Below are positions 1-9,656 of a stretch of DNA of 39,319 nt, piece after piece. Position 1 is the stretch's first letter. Each line of letters begins with the position of its first letter. Source of the DNA: Candidatus Woesearchaeota archaeon. Its GTDB lineage: Archaea; Nanobdellota; Nanobdellia; Woesearchaeales; CAZJJJ01. The notes under the pieces were generated by a model that saw only the letters and a list, made by a program, of their open reading frames with translations, was not told where the DNA came from and did no database searches. Location of the stretch: NCBI GenBank assembly GCA_046538795.1, contig JBKHIF010000003.1:1-39319 (forward strand), read 5' to 3'. A program made the translations under genes and the position numbers.

Positions 1-909
1 CTGGGCAACTTCATCTATGCCTTTTTGACAAAATACAACATTTGCACCTGAATTTACAATCTTTTGGACCATGTTCAAAAGCATTTTTTCTTCCATATCA
101 ATAAATGACTGTATTTGATCAGGAGAAGTAATTGATATCTTTGCATCAGTTTCAGTATCCTTAATCTCTATTGCAGAGTCAATCAGGGCTATTTTTGCAT
201 CTGCCACTTTCCTAGGCATCGAACTATGAACTCTTTCTTTATCCACAACTACCCCCTTAACAAGTTCAGATTTATCTATTGAAGAACCTACCTTTTTTTC
301 TATTTTTATGAATTCCTTATCAAATGAGGACTCACCATTTTCTTTTTCAATTATCTGAAGAACAGAATCTACCACCAATTCTGCAAGAAGTTCTTTTGAA
401 GATTCAGCTCCTTTTCCTGTCATTGCAGTTATCGCAATATTTTTCAGGACATCCTTTTCTTCTTCAGTGCATCTTATTGCAAGTTTTTCAAGGATTTCAT
501 GTGCTTTTTCTGCTGCCATCCTGTATCCTTTAGCGACAACTGTTGGATGGATGTTTTGTTCCATAAGTGCTTCAGCTTTTTTTAGGAGCTCCCCTGCAAT
601 AACCACAGCGCTTGTTGTTCCATCTCCTATCTCATCTTCCTGTGTTTTTGCAACTTCAACTATCATTTTTGCTGCAGGATGTTCGACACTCATCTCTTCA
701 AGTATTGTTACGCCATCGTTTGTTACAATAACATCCCCCATAGAATCTACAAGCATCTTGTCCATGCCTCTTGGACCAAGAGTTGTTCTTACAGTCTCAG
801 CAACAATCTTTGCTGCCATGATATTATTACTCTGTGCGTTTCTTCCGGAAGTTCTCTGAGAACCTTCTGGCAAAATATATATAGGCTGCACCTGTTGATT
901 GTTATTCAT
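1..909 (-). CDS. ths: Thermosome (group II chaperonin) subunit, 3' end outside window
   Basis: Not in the ORF track. Manual translation from ATG 909: [19 protein letters not shown]...[41 protein letters not shown]...[11 protein letters not shown], the TCP-1/thermosome signatures. GGGGAT SD-like motif upstream. Confidence 0.97.
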   Translation of the reverse strand, partial: MNNNQQVQPIYILPEGSQRTSGRNAQSNNIMAAKIVAETVRTTLGPRGMDKMLVDSMGDVIVTNDGVTILEEMSVEHPAAKMIVEVAKTQEDEIGDGTTSAVVIAGELLKKAEALMEQNIHPTVVAKGYRMAAEKAHEILEKLAIRCTEEEKDVLKNIAITAMTGKGAESSKELLAELVVDSVLQIIEKENGESSFDKEFIKIEKKVGSSIDKSELVKGVVVDKERVHSSMPRKVADAKIALIDSAIEIKDTETDAKISITSPDQIQSFIDMEEKMLLNMVQKIVNSGANVVFCQKGIDEVAQ

Positions 910-1001
910 ATTATTATCCCCCATTATAAATCAATATAGATCATCAAGAACTATATCAAATTTATAAATCTTACCTCAACATATGTCCAGTGGCAGAACT
1001 C

Positions 1002-3032
1002 TTAATACAACAAAGGATCATCTTTTTTCTTATCTTCATCGCTCAAAGGTTTAATTGGCAGTATAAAATTAAAACTGCTTCCTTTTCTCAATCCATCTGA
1101 TTGAGCCCATATCTTGCCATCGTGTTTTTCGATTATCTTTTTGCAGATAGAAAGTCCAAGTCCTGTTGATAGCTGATGTCTCGATTGATCTTCCTTATAA
1201 AATTCAGAAAATATTTTTGTTATTGATTTTTTTCTTATGCCCACTCCATTGTCTTTAATCCCGACAAATACATAATTATTTCCCAGATGATCGTATGTTT
1301 TGAGAGTTATTTTTATTCTGGGCGAAGATTTCACATATTTATATGCATTTGAAAGAATATTATCTATGACTTCTCTTATTTTGAGTTTGTCTATCTTTAT
1401 ATTAGGAATTTCTTTATAATTTTTTGTTATCTTTATTTTTTTGCTTTTTATAATATGATCATGATTTCGTATGGATTCTTCAATCAGAGCTTTCAGATCT
1501 GCTTTTTCAAGTGTCAGAAATGATTTTCCGCTATCCATATGGGCAATCTTAAGTATATCTGTCAAAAGATCATTAAGATATCTGGCATTAGCAAGAGCAT
1601 CAAGTATTATCTTTTTATTCTGAGGATCTGAGGATCTTACATCAAGAACCTGCAAAAGGCCTATAACAGGAGTTAAAGGAGTCTTAAGGTCATGCGCCAC
1701 TTGAGCTATGAATAGCTGTTTTTGCTCCAGAAGAGATTGTATTCGTTCATTTGCATGCTGAAGATTTTTTGTCCTTTCAATAACTTTTTGCTCTTCGGTT
1801 TCTTTTTCCTGCCTAAGTTCTTTTTGAATTTCAAGAAGCTGCTTGTTAATTTTATCGAGATTCTCGGTTTTCACCTTAAGTTCATCAAGCATATCAGAAA
1901 GCTGTTTTTCCTGCCTTTTTTCTCTGGAAATATCTTTATAATGCCAAAGATTTCCTAAAAAATCTTTGTTCATCCTGATTGGAATATAATCTCTTTTTAA
2001 AACCCGTCCATCTTTTAAATAAAATTCCTCGTTATAAGACGATCTTCTATTTTTCAAATCTTCATTAGTCATATCTATGAAGTAACCTGAATCCTGAAAA
2101 AGATGTTTGGACAATTTCATGTTTTTTGAGCAATCTGATGCAATTATAGCTTCAGGAGAAGGTACATCAAACATATTACAAAATGCCTGATTTGCAAAAA
2201 GCACCTTTCTTTCATTATCTTCAAAAAGTATTCCAGAGTTAATACTATTTATCAAATAATTAAGCCTGGTGCTTGTTTCTTTAAAACCTGTTTCTGCATT
2301 CTTTCTTTCAGTTATATCAATAAGAAAGGTGAGTTTTTTACATTTCCCACCTTCAGTCCTTATCTTGACACCGGCTGTAAGTATTGTTATTTTTTTACCA
2401 TCTTTTCTTTCAACGATACATTCACCGCAGATCTTTTTGCCTTTTTTCAGGAAAGAAGAATATCGTTTTTTGTACTCATTTTTCCTGCCTTGGGGAATCA
2501 TCACAGTAAAATGTTTTCCCTGAAGTTCTTCAGTATCTTCATAACCAAGAATATCACAATAAGCAGGATTCACATATTCATAGAATCCCTTATCATCTGT
2601 TATGCACAGCCCTACAGGAACCTTACTTATGATATCAAACATTAATTCTTCTGAAAATTTTACTGTTTCTTCATCCCTTTTTTTGTCAGTAAGATCTATG
2701 AAAAGCTCAATTACTGCTTCTCTTCCCCCATATATTATTGCTTTTTGTATTACTTTTATAATACGTCCTCCAAGAACATCTTTTATTTCAAACTCTCTGA
2801 TTCTTTTAAAATCAGGTTTTTTTTTATGAGGACAATATTTACATGAAATTTTCTTATCAGAAAATACCTTATAACACAATTTTCCGGAAACATTTCCTAT
2901 TATCTTTCTTCCAATATCATTAACATACAATATTCGGCTGTCAGAATCTATTATGACAGCAATAAAAGGAAACATATCAAGAACAGTTTCATCAAATTCA
3001 GTCAACAGATCTTTTCTGCTATAAAGAGTCAT
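1002..3032 (-). CDS. Cytoplasmic multi-PAS sensor histidine kinase
   Basis: Three PAS-like repeats, a coiled coil, H-box AHDLKTPL, N-box NILSNAYKY, G1 DNGVGI, G2 GLGLSICKKII; no transmembrane segment seen. Confidence 0.95.
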   Translation of the reverse strand: MTLYSRKDLLTEFDETVLDMFPFIAVIIDSDSRILYVNDIGRKIIGNVSGKLCYKVFSDKKISCKYCPHKKKPDFKRIREFEIKDVLGGRIIKVIQKAIIYGGREAVIELFIDLTDKKRDEETVKFSEELMFDIISKVPVGLCITDDKGFYEYVNPAYCDILGYEDTEELQGKHFTVMIPQGRKNEYKKRYSSFLKKGKKICGECIVERKDGKKITILTAGVKIRTEGGKCKKLTFLIDITERKNAETGFKETSTRLNYLINSINSGILFEDNERKVLFANQAFCNMFDVPSPEAIIASDCSKNMKLSKHLFQDSGYFIDMTNEDLKNRRSSYNEEFYLKDGRVLKRDYIPIRMNKDFLGNLWHYKDISREKRQEKQLSDMLDELKVKTENLDKINKQLLEIQKELRQEKETEEQKVIERTKNLQHANERIQSLLEQKQLFIAQVAHDLKTPLTPVIGLLQVLDVRSSDPQNKKIILDALANARYLNDLLTDILKIAHMDSGKSFLTLEKADLKALIEESIRNHDHIIKSKKIKITKNYKEIPNIKIDKLKIREVIDNILSNAYKYVKSSPRIKITLKTYDHLGNNYVFVGIKDNGVGIRKKSITKIFSEFYKEDQSRHQLSTGLGLSICKKIIEKHDGKIWAQSDGLRKGSSFNFILPIKPLSDEDKKKDDPLLY

Positions 3033-3044
3033 GATAATCCAAAC

Positions 3045-3419
3045 CTACTTGGTTTTAAGGATTTTTTTTATCCGTTTATTAAGATCAAACATATCAAAAG
3101 GCTTTTCGATATAGTCATCACTTGCAAGCCCACCCATTCCTTTGCTAAGATCATCTGTTTTTGCAGTCAGAAATATTATTGGTATCTTGTTGGTCTTCTT
3201 GTTTTCTTTGAGAAGAGTTGTAACACCCCAACCATCCATTTCAGGCATCATTATGTCAAGAAGGATTACATCCACTGCTTTGGTTTCAAGAAACTTAATT
3301 CCTTCTTTGCCTGATCTTGCAGATATCACTTCCCAATCAGGATTAAGAGTCATCAGATCATATTTTATTGTCTCAGTTACAGATTCATTATCATCGATTG
3401 TAAGTATAGTCTTTTTCAT
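3045..3419 (-). CDS. Stand-alone response regulator receiver protein
   Basis: IDDN, LLDIMMPEMDG, FLTAK, YIEKPF receiver motifs; 124 aa. Confidence 0.95.
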   Translation of the reverse strand: MKKTILTIDDNESVTETIKYDLMTLNPDWEVISARSGKEGIKFLETKAVDVILLDIMMPEMDGWGVTTLLKENKKTNKIPIIFLTAKTDDLSKGMGGLASDDYIEKPFDMFDLNKRIKKILKTK

Positions 3420-3423
3420 TGTT

Positions 3424-3855
3424 TCACCCGGTTATTTTTTCCATGCACCTATAACCCAGATCAGAAGGGTTGCTTTTCTGAAATGCAAATTCATCAATTA
3501 TTTCTCTTATCTGCTCTATCTCAAAAGGCTTTTTCAGAAAACCTTCAGAATATTTTCTTGCTCGTTCCATGATGTCTTTTTCAGTTTTTGCACTTATAAA
3601 GACTAAAGGAATATTTTTTGTCCGGGGATTAAGCTTTATTGATTTTGCCATAGAAATGCCATCTATATTTGGCATCATTATATCAAGAAGGATAAGATTG
3701 ATGTTGTTATCTGCCTTTAAAAGATTCAAAGCCTTTTTTGAATCCTTTGAACAGATCACCTCAAAATTATATGCAGAAGGCAATGCATTGATCATCATCT
3801 TCAATGCAGAAAGTATATATTCATAATCATCCACAATAAGTATCTTTCCTTTCAT
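3424..3855 (-). CDS. Second stand-alone receiver protein
   Basis: VDDY, LLDIMMPNIDG, FISAK, FLKKPF; short C-terminal extension. Confidence 0.92.
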   Translation of the reverse strand: MKGKILIVDDYEYILSALKMMINALPSAYNFEVICSKDSKKALNLLKADNNINLILLDIMMPNIDGISMAKSIKLNPRTKNIPLVFISAKTEKDIMERARKYSEGFLKKPFEIEQIREIIDEFAFQKSNPSDLGYRCMEKITG

Positions 3856-3979
3856 TTTGAAACTAACAATTTTTCAACATTTCTTTACATTTACAGTTAT
3901 ACAAGAAAAAATCAATTTTAGGGGTTTTTATAATTCACTAAGAAAACTGGATTAAAATAGCCATTATTTTATCCTGATA

Positions 3980-4041
3980 GAAAAGTAAAAAGAAAAGGAG
4001 GGAATCAGGGTAAAAAGGTTTTGTCGCAGGAGATTCCCTCC
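3980..4041 (-). terminator. Hairpin plus T-rich tract downstream of the HTH gene
   Basis: Perfect 10-bp inverted repeat GGAGGGAATC (3997-4006) / GATTCCCTCC (4032-4041), followed on the minus strand by TTTTCTTTTTACTTTTCT. Confidence 0.55.
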
Positions 4042-4073
4042 CTTCCTAAATGAATATATTTTGTTTAATTTAA

Positions 4074-4607
4074 TCATGCCTGATGAAGTATTTTTTTAGA
4101 GCCTGAATAAAGCCCCATGGCGCTCATCTGCTCATACTGTTCCTGTGTAAGCGTAAGGTATGATATGGTAAAATTATATTTCTCCTTTAATTCTGCTGCA
4201 ACAGATTTGATCTCTTCTTTGGGAACTTCCTGGCCTATTATGAGAAGATTTGCTTTTGTATCTGTCTCTTTTCCATGAAGTATAATCATCTCCACACCCT
4301 CAATATCTTTTGCCTTTTCTACGAAAAGTTCCGCAACCTTTACTGATTGTTTTATGAAACTTCCAAGAAAATTTGTTTTTTCATTTCTTGCAAGTTGATA
4401 AACCTTGAATTTGCTTATCTTTATTTCATCAAGAACTTCAAGCTTTACGAGCTTTGTTAAAGTCCTATGAGTAGTAGCCATGCTTACTTTGCTTGAATCT
4501 GATATTTCTTTTAAATAGAATTTCTTTTCAGGAAACTGGAAGAAAAGCCTCAGGATGTCTATGAGTTTCTTATCAAATAGATGAGTCAAAAATTCAAGTT
4601 CCTGCAT
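4074..4607 (-). CDS. Winged-HTH protein fused to a degenerate minimal nucleotidyltransferase-like domain
   Basis: N-terminal FYLKEISDSSKVSMATTHRTLTKLVK (HTH). C-terminal MIILHGKETDTKANLLIIG aligns by eye with the MNT ILFGS..DxD strand but lacks GS and DxD. Confidence 0.7.
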   Translation of the reverse strand: MQELEFLTHLFDKKLIDILRLFFQFPEKKFYLKEISDSSKVSMATTHRTLTKLVKLEVLDEIKISKFKVYQLARNEKTNFLGSFIKQSVKVAELFVEKAKDIEGVEMIILHGKETDTKANLLIIGQEVPKEEIKSVAAELKEKYNFTISYLTLTQEQYEQMSAMGLYSGSKKILHQA

Positions 4608-4890
4608 AAATCATTAAACAATATAAGAATTATATAAATCTTTTCATTTTTGAAATAAAATTCCAAAAAAGATAAAAAATTTCATTTTTGAGAATAAGCT
4701 CTAAAAACCAAAAATTAAACAATTTAGAAAAGAAATATAATCAACTATATATAATAATAAATTTGTAACCATTTTTGTGGTAATAATATGTCCCAAAAAA
4801 CAACACCAATAAAAAAACGCCTAAAATTCCAAAATTGTCCAAAATTAAGGTCTAATAAAAAACAAGTTAAAAAAAGAATAAAATCAAAAA

Positions 4891-4905
4891 CGAAACATTT
4901 ATATA
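4891..4905 (+). promoter_or_regulatory. BRE-TATA promoter of ftsZ
   Basis: CGAAACA-TTTATATA; same layout as the tRNA-Gln promoter at 27864-27878. Confidence 0.65.
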
Positions 4906-5058
4906 GTAGTTTGCTTCTAGAAATTGTAGTTTTGTCGATACAGGAGAGGGATTTCAGGGGTAATATTCTAACCCATTTATGAAAGATATTAGTGTCAACT
5001 CTCTTTAAAAAATAATGCCTAAAAAAGCCGATTGAGGATTAAAAGGGGGAAGCGAAAA

Positions 5059-6126
5059 ATGGATTTTGTGATGAATCAACAACAACAGACCACCAACCAA
5101 TTCGATAGCATTGAAGTGGGCCAAGCAAATATAAAAGTCATCGGAGTTGGCGGTGCAGGAAACAACATGGTCAACTGGCTCTATAAAAAAGGAATAAAGG
5201 GCGCTGAAATCATTGCTTGCAATACTGATCAACAACATCTCAATGTAATTGAATCTGACAGAAAATTTCTGATAGGACGTGATAATACTAAAGGACTTGG
5301 ATGCGGCGGTTATCCTGAAAGAGGCGCTGAAGCTGCTCAGGAAAGCATGCAGGAGATCAAAGAAGCTTTAAGGGGTTCTGACATGGTCTTTGTCTGCGGA
5401 GGCATGGGTGGAGGAACCGGAACCGGCGCATGTCCTGTTGTCGCTAATGTTGCCCGTGATGCAGGGGCTATCGTTATAGGAACAGTTACAATGCCTTTCA
5501 AGATAGAAAGAGCAAGAGTTGACAAGGCTGAATTCGGCCTGAAACAACTTAGACAGGTTTCTGATACAGTGATTGTAATTGATAACAACAGACTAGTAGA
5601 GATTGCAGGAAATTTGCCAGTGCAGCAGGCATTTGCTGTGGCAAACGAATTAATAAGTACTATGATTAAAGGAATTGTTGAGACGATCGCAGTGCCATCT
5701 TTGGTCAATCTCGACTTTGCCGACGTTAAAGCAATAATGACAAATGGCGGTGTAGCTGCTATAGGAGTCGGTGCCTCTGACACGAACAACAGGGTTGATG
5801 AAGCTGTAAAGGGTGCATTGAGCAATCCTTTGCTTGATATAAGCTACAGCGGAGCTACAGGAGCAATCATCCAGATCTCAGGCGGAAATGACCTTACCCT
5901 TGAAGAAATCAACAGGATAGGAGAACTTGTAACTGAATCAATGGATCAGGATGCAAATGTCATCTGGGGAGCAAGAGTCTCTGAAGAGATGAAAGGAAAG
6001 CTTACTGTAATGACGATCATAACAGGAGTTAAGTCACCTTGGATATTAGGCAAAATTGATTACAAAAAGCCTACAAGGGAAGCTGTTCAGATGAGTGACG
6101 AACTCGGAATAGAAATCGTCAGGTAA
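5059..6126 (+). CDS. ftsZ: Cell division protein FtsZ (archaeal FtsZ2 type)
   Basis: GGAGNN, GGMGGGTGTG, NLDFAD. PFKIERAR and C-terminal LGIEIVR are FtsZ2-like. ATG 5059 follows a GGGGGA SD (the track starts at TTG 5032). Confidence 0.98.
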   Translation: MDFVMNQQQQTTNQFDSIEVGQANIKVIGVGGAGNNMVNWLYKKGIKGAEIIACNTDQQHLNVIESDRKFLIGRDNTKGLGCGGYPERGAEAAQESMQEIKEALRGSDMVFVCGGMGGGTGTGACPVVANVARDAGAIVIGTVTMPFKIERARVDKAEFGLKQLRQVSDTVIVIDNNRLVEIAGNLPVQQAFAVANELISTMIKGIVETIAVPSLVNLDFADVKAIMTNGGVAAIGVGASDTNNRVDEAVKGALSNPLLDISYSGATGAIIQISGGNDLTLEEINRIGELVTESMDQDANVIWGARVSEEMKGKLTVMTIITGVKSPWILGKIDYKKPTREAVQMSDELGIEIVR

Positions 6127-6218
6127 ATATTTGGTTGGCAAGACCAAATTTCATATTTTTGTTTATTTCTTGCCTTCATTTATACCACCCCCGATGTTTA
6201 TATGAAGGCTATGTTTGG

Positions 6219-6251
6219 TCTTCACCACGTCATGTGGTGAAGATTTTTTTT
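6219..6251 (+). terminator. Stem-loop plus T-run after ftsZ
   Basis: TCTTCACCAC-gtcat-GTGGTGAAGA followed by T8. Confidence 0.7.
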
Positions 6252-6270
6252 ATTTTTTAAAAATTTTTAA

Positions 6271-6789
6271 TCAAATCTTTAAAATATAGTCTGCAAGATC
6301 ATCAATAGAATCTTGCTTTTCAGAAAGAGATTTTCTTAATTCTGTTGTAAGTTTAGTGAATCCCCCTTCTTTGTCAGGAACAAGTTTCCATCTGATGTTT
6401 GTCGAAGGAAATGAATTGTATTCTTCAACTACTGCATCAAGATATAAAAGATCCTTTTTCGGATCGTTTCCGACATAACCCATGTCAACATAAGGAGATT
6501 CGTTTATAACAACTCTTGAAAAAAATTCAAAGAAAGCTGGATTTCCAAAATGTATCAAAGCCTCGTAAGAGTCCATATCAGCAATCTCATAATCTCCTCT
6601 GAGGCGTGATATCTGCTCTCCTAAAGGATGTCCTTCACAAGAACCTTCAAGGTTATAACCTCTTGCCATCAAAGCTGCTACAAGAGGTTTTATTTTCTCA
6701 TCTATAGGCCTTCCTAACGAATCGCTGAATGAATCTATATCAAAGCCCCTTTTATCTTTCAGTTCTGTCTTATAATATTCAAGATCCAT
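6271..6789 (-). CDS. Hypothetical protein with ID..I..LV..L...G....SCEGH motif
   Basis: 172-aa ORF with ATG and upstream TTTTATAAA; the motif loosely resembles the N-terminus of Tyw3-like proteins. Confidence 0.7.
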   Translation of the reverse strand: MDLEYYKTELKDKRGFDIDSFSDSLGRPIDEKIKPLVAALMARGYNLEGSCEGHPLGEQISRLRGDYEIADMDSYEALIHFGNPAFFEFFSRVVINESPYVDMGYVGNDPKKDLLYLDAVVEEYNSFPSTNIRWKLVPDKEGGFTKLTTELRKSLSEKQDSIDDLADYILKI

Positions 6790-6896
6790 GCTAAAGGCGA
6801 ATGATAATTTATTTATAAAACCACCACACTTTTATCACTGAGAAGTTGTTTTAACATACAAAAGAGTATATATAACAAGAAAATATCCTGATTATT

Positions 6897-8453
6897 ATGA
6901 GAGACGTTTCAGTTGGGATTATAGCCCACAATGAAGAAAGCAATATCAGAAGACTTATTGATTCTGTTTTGGACCAGGAAACAACTAATTTTGCCCTTAA
7001 AGAAATCATAGTGGTGTCATCAGGTTCAACAGACAAGACTAATGAGATCGTATCTGGATCTGAAAATAAAGATTCTAGAGTCAGACTGGTAACTGAAACA
7101 CATAGACAGGGAAAATATTCTGCAATCAATATTTTTCTAAAAAATGCGCAGTCAGATATTCTTGTAATGATATCAGGCGATGTTGTTCCTAAAACTAATT
7201 CCATCGAAAAGCTGTGCATGCCTCTTCTGAAAAAAAAAGTGGGTCTTTCTGGAGGACATCCAATTCCGGTTGATTGTAAAGATAATTTTTTGGGATACTG
7301 TATATGGCTTGAGTGGAAGCTACATCATCTGATCTCTTTAGAAAATCCAAAGTTCGGCGAGATGATTGCTTTTAAAAAAGTATTTTCAGAGATCCCGCCA
7401 ACTTCTGTTGACGAGGAAGAGATCGCAAGGATCGTAAAGGAAAAAGGGCTAAAGGGAGTTTATGTTCCTTCTGCTATCGTCTACAACAGAGGTCCGGAAA
7501 ACTTATTGGACTTTATAGAACAAAGGAGAAGAATATATGCAGGGCACATTGCTTTGAGGAAAAAGGGATACATAGTTGCAACCACAGAGAAATTGTCCAT
7601 ATTGAAAAAAATAATGAATTTGCCGAATCAGAGATTTTTCTGGACCATAGGAGTTGTTTTTGTTGAATTATATTCTAGATTTTTAGGTTTAATTGATAAT
7701 TTTATCTTAAAAAAAGATCATTTTGTCTGGAAGATTCTTGCAAAAGACAAAGGTAAAAAAGCAGAATTCCAGGATATCATCATTATTATTCCGACTTTAA
7801 ATGAAGAAGAAAATATAGGAGAACTCATAAATCTGCTGACAGGCATGTATCCCGCAATCAAAATTCTTGTGGTTGACGATGATTCTAAAGATAAGACAAA
7901 AGAAATCGTTAAAGCTCACTCTTATAAAAACAAGAATATAAGACTGATGGTCAGGAAAAATTCAGATGTCAAAGGACTTACAGCAAGTCTTATTGACGGG
8001 ATAAAGGCAGTAAATACAATATATCTGATAGTTATGGATGGTGACCTTCAGCATCCTCCTGAAAAAATAGAAGAAATTAGAGGAGTTTTGGCTAACTGCG
8101 ATGTTGTTGTAGGTAAGAGAGATAAGGTTCTTAAATGGAGCTTTAAAAGAAGATTGATGTCTTTTGTTGCAAACTTACTTGCACACATCAGACTTTTCAA
8201 TAAAAAGAACAGATGTCATGACCTCATGTCAGGTTACTTTGGAGGAAAGACTGAATTATTCAAAACTATTGTCGATAATCATGAAGATGAATTCGTTAAA
8301 GAAGGTTATAAATTTCTTTTTGAATTTTTCAAGTTTAACAGGAAAAATTTGAAGATAAAAGAATTTTCTTATGATTTTGGTATGAGGATGAAGGGTAACT
8401 CAAAAATTGGGAAGAAGGAAATCAAGGCTTTTATCAGATCATTGTTTAGATGA
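6897..8453 (+). CDS. Tandem two-domain GT2 glycosyltransferase
   Basis: Domain 1: IIAHNEE, SSGSTDKT, ISGD, QRRRI. Domain 2: IPTLNEEENI, VDDDSKDKT, MDGDLQHPPE (dolichol-phosphate mannose synthase-like). Confidence 0.9.
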   Translation: MRDVSVGIIAHNEESNIRRLIDSVLDQETTNFALKEIIVVSSGSTDKTNEIVSGSENKDSRVRLVTETHRQGKYSAINIFLKNAQSDILVMISGDVVPKTNSIEKLCMPLLKKKVGLSGGHPIPVDCKDNFLGYCIWLEWKLHHLISLENPKFGEMIAFKKVFSEIPPTSVDEEEIARIVKEKGLKGVYVPSAIVYNRGPENLLDFIEQRRRIYAGHIALRKKGYIVATTEKLSILKKIMNLPNQRFFWTIGVVFVELYSRFLGLIDNFILKKDHFVWKILAKDKGKKAEFQDIIIIIPTLNEEENIGELINLLTGMYPAIKILVVDDDSKDKTKEIVKAHSYKNKNIRLMVRKNSDVKGLTASLIDGIKAVNTIYLIVMDGDLQHPPEKIEEIRGVLANCDVVVGKRDKVLKWSFKRRLMSFVANLLAHIRLFNKKNRCHDLMSGYFGGKTELFKTIVDNHEDEFVKEGYKFLFEFFKFNRKNLKIKEFSYDFGMRMKGNSKIGKKEIKAFIRSLFR

Positions 8454-9458
8454 AGATTGTTCCCATCTTTGACATAAATCACATACAGTCTGTTTTCCAA
8501 CACCAGTAACTTGTTTTTTACGTATATTAATCAATCCAGGACTATTCCATAATCTTTTAAATGACCTTTCATAAATGTTTCCTATATCTTTTGTCTTATT
8601 GGGTGAATAACAGCATACAGAAAAGCCACCATCAGAAAAAATCAATGCTTTAACCCACGGATATACACATCTATGTATTTTGAGATCATCTCTTTCTTCG
8701 AAAAATTTCAAATCCACGAGGTGTTTTTTTTTATGCCAACTAGACTTAAGAAAATCCAGCTGATCCACACCCAAATTACGAGCCAATTCTTTCATCTCGA
8801 ATATCTTATGTTTATTATGATTAAAGATCAGAAACTGAAGCTGAATTAGAGGATGGTTCACAGCTTTCTTGCGTTTCTTATCGACCAATTTTTCAATGTT
8901 TGAAATTACCAAGTCAAAATCACCACCTACACGATACCTTTTATATGTCTCCTGATCGGTCCCGTCAAGACCGATGATAAGATGATCAAGACCAGAATCA
9001 ATAATATTGTCAATTTCAGAATTTTCAATGTTTAAATTCGTAGAAACAGATACAAAAACATTATTTGTTCTCGCATAGCTAATCATCCTGTATATATCTT
9101 TGTTCAGGAAAGGTTCGCCCCAAATATAAAGATGAAGGATAAAGATATATTCCTTAAATTGATCAAATACCTTCTTAAAATCCACAAAAGACATATTTTG
9201 TCTTTTTCGTCCGAACGAGTTTCCTTGGCCAGTAGGACAAAATTTACAGTTCAGATTACAAAAATTGTTTGGATCAATTGTCAATGTATAAGGTCTTCCA
9301 CGAAGATCGGTCTTACCAATCAAGTATTCAAACGTCACCATAAAAAAATTCAGTAACTTCTTTATAGTCATAGTTCGAAAAAAAGCTAACAAATGTATAT
9401 TGGTGCTATCATTAAAAGCAATTCTTATAAACCTGTTAAGTCTTGTGAAATCAGTCAT
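8439..9458 (-). CDS. Radical SAM protein with SPASM/twitch domain
   Basis: CNLNCKFC, WGEPFL, CVYPW...DGGFSVCC...IGNI...CDLC. Confidence 0.93.
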   Translation of the reverse strand: MTDFTRLNRFIRIAFNDSTNIHLLAFFRTMTIKKLLNFFMVTFEYLIGKTDLRGRPYTLTIDPNNFCNLNCKFCPTGQGNSFGRKRQNMSFVDFKKVFDQFKEYIFILHLYIWGEPFLNKDIYRMISYARTNNVFVSVSTNLNIENSEIDNIIDSGLDHLIIGLDGTDQETYKRYRVGGDFDLVISNIEKLVDKKRKKAVNHPLIQLQFLIFNHNKHKIFEMKELARNLGVDQLDFLKSSWHKKKHLVDLKFFEERDDLKIHRCVYPWVKALIFSDGGFSVCCYSPNKTKDIGNIYERSFKRLWNSPGLINIRKKQVTGVGKQTVCDLCQRWEQSSSKQ

Positions 9459-9503
9459 GAAACTGGTCTAAATAATAGAATATTTAAAACCACCCTATAA
9501 ATT

Positions 9504-9656
9504 TTAATATACAATATAGAACGGAAAATTGAAAAAGTAAAAATCGTACCTATCAATTTTACTTATTCTATAACCTCACTTTGCGATTCAAGATGCAAAA
9601 CATGCAATGTATAGAGGAAAACCACTCAAGAAGAATTGTCAGGTGCAGAATGAATC
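9504..9656 (+). pseudogene. 5' fragment of a radical SAM gene, homolog of 18092-19150, ending at the IS end
   Basis: Manual translation LIYNIERKIEKVKIVPINFTYSITSLCDSRCKTCNV*RKTTQEELSGAE* aligns with ILYNISRKINKALTYPINYTYSVTRTCDSRCLTCSIWKSKDKKELSTSEW. Both stops (TAG 9612, TGA 9651) fall on Trp positions. Confidence 0.88.

Noticed and set aside
324-939. Plus-strand ORFs over the thermosome and similar antisense ORFs throughout the track
   Set aside because: Shadows of well-supported genes on the opposite strand or in another frame.
4788-4982. 64-aa ORF as a cdrS candidate
   Set aside because: Lys-rich translation of A-tracts across the ftsZ promoter, with no RHH pattern.
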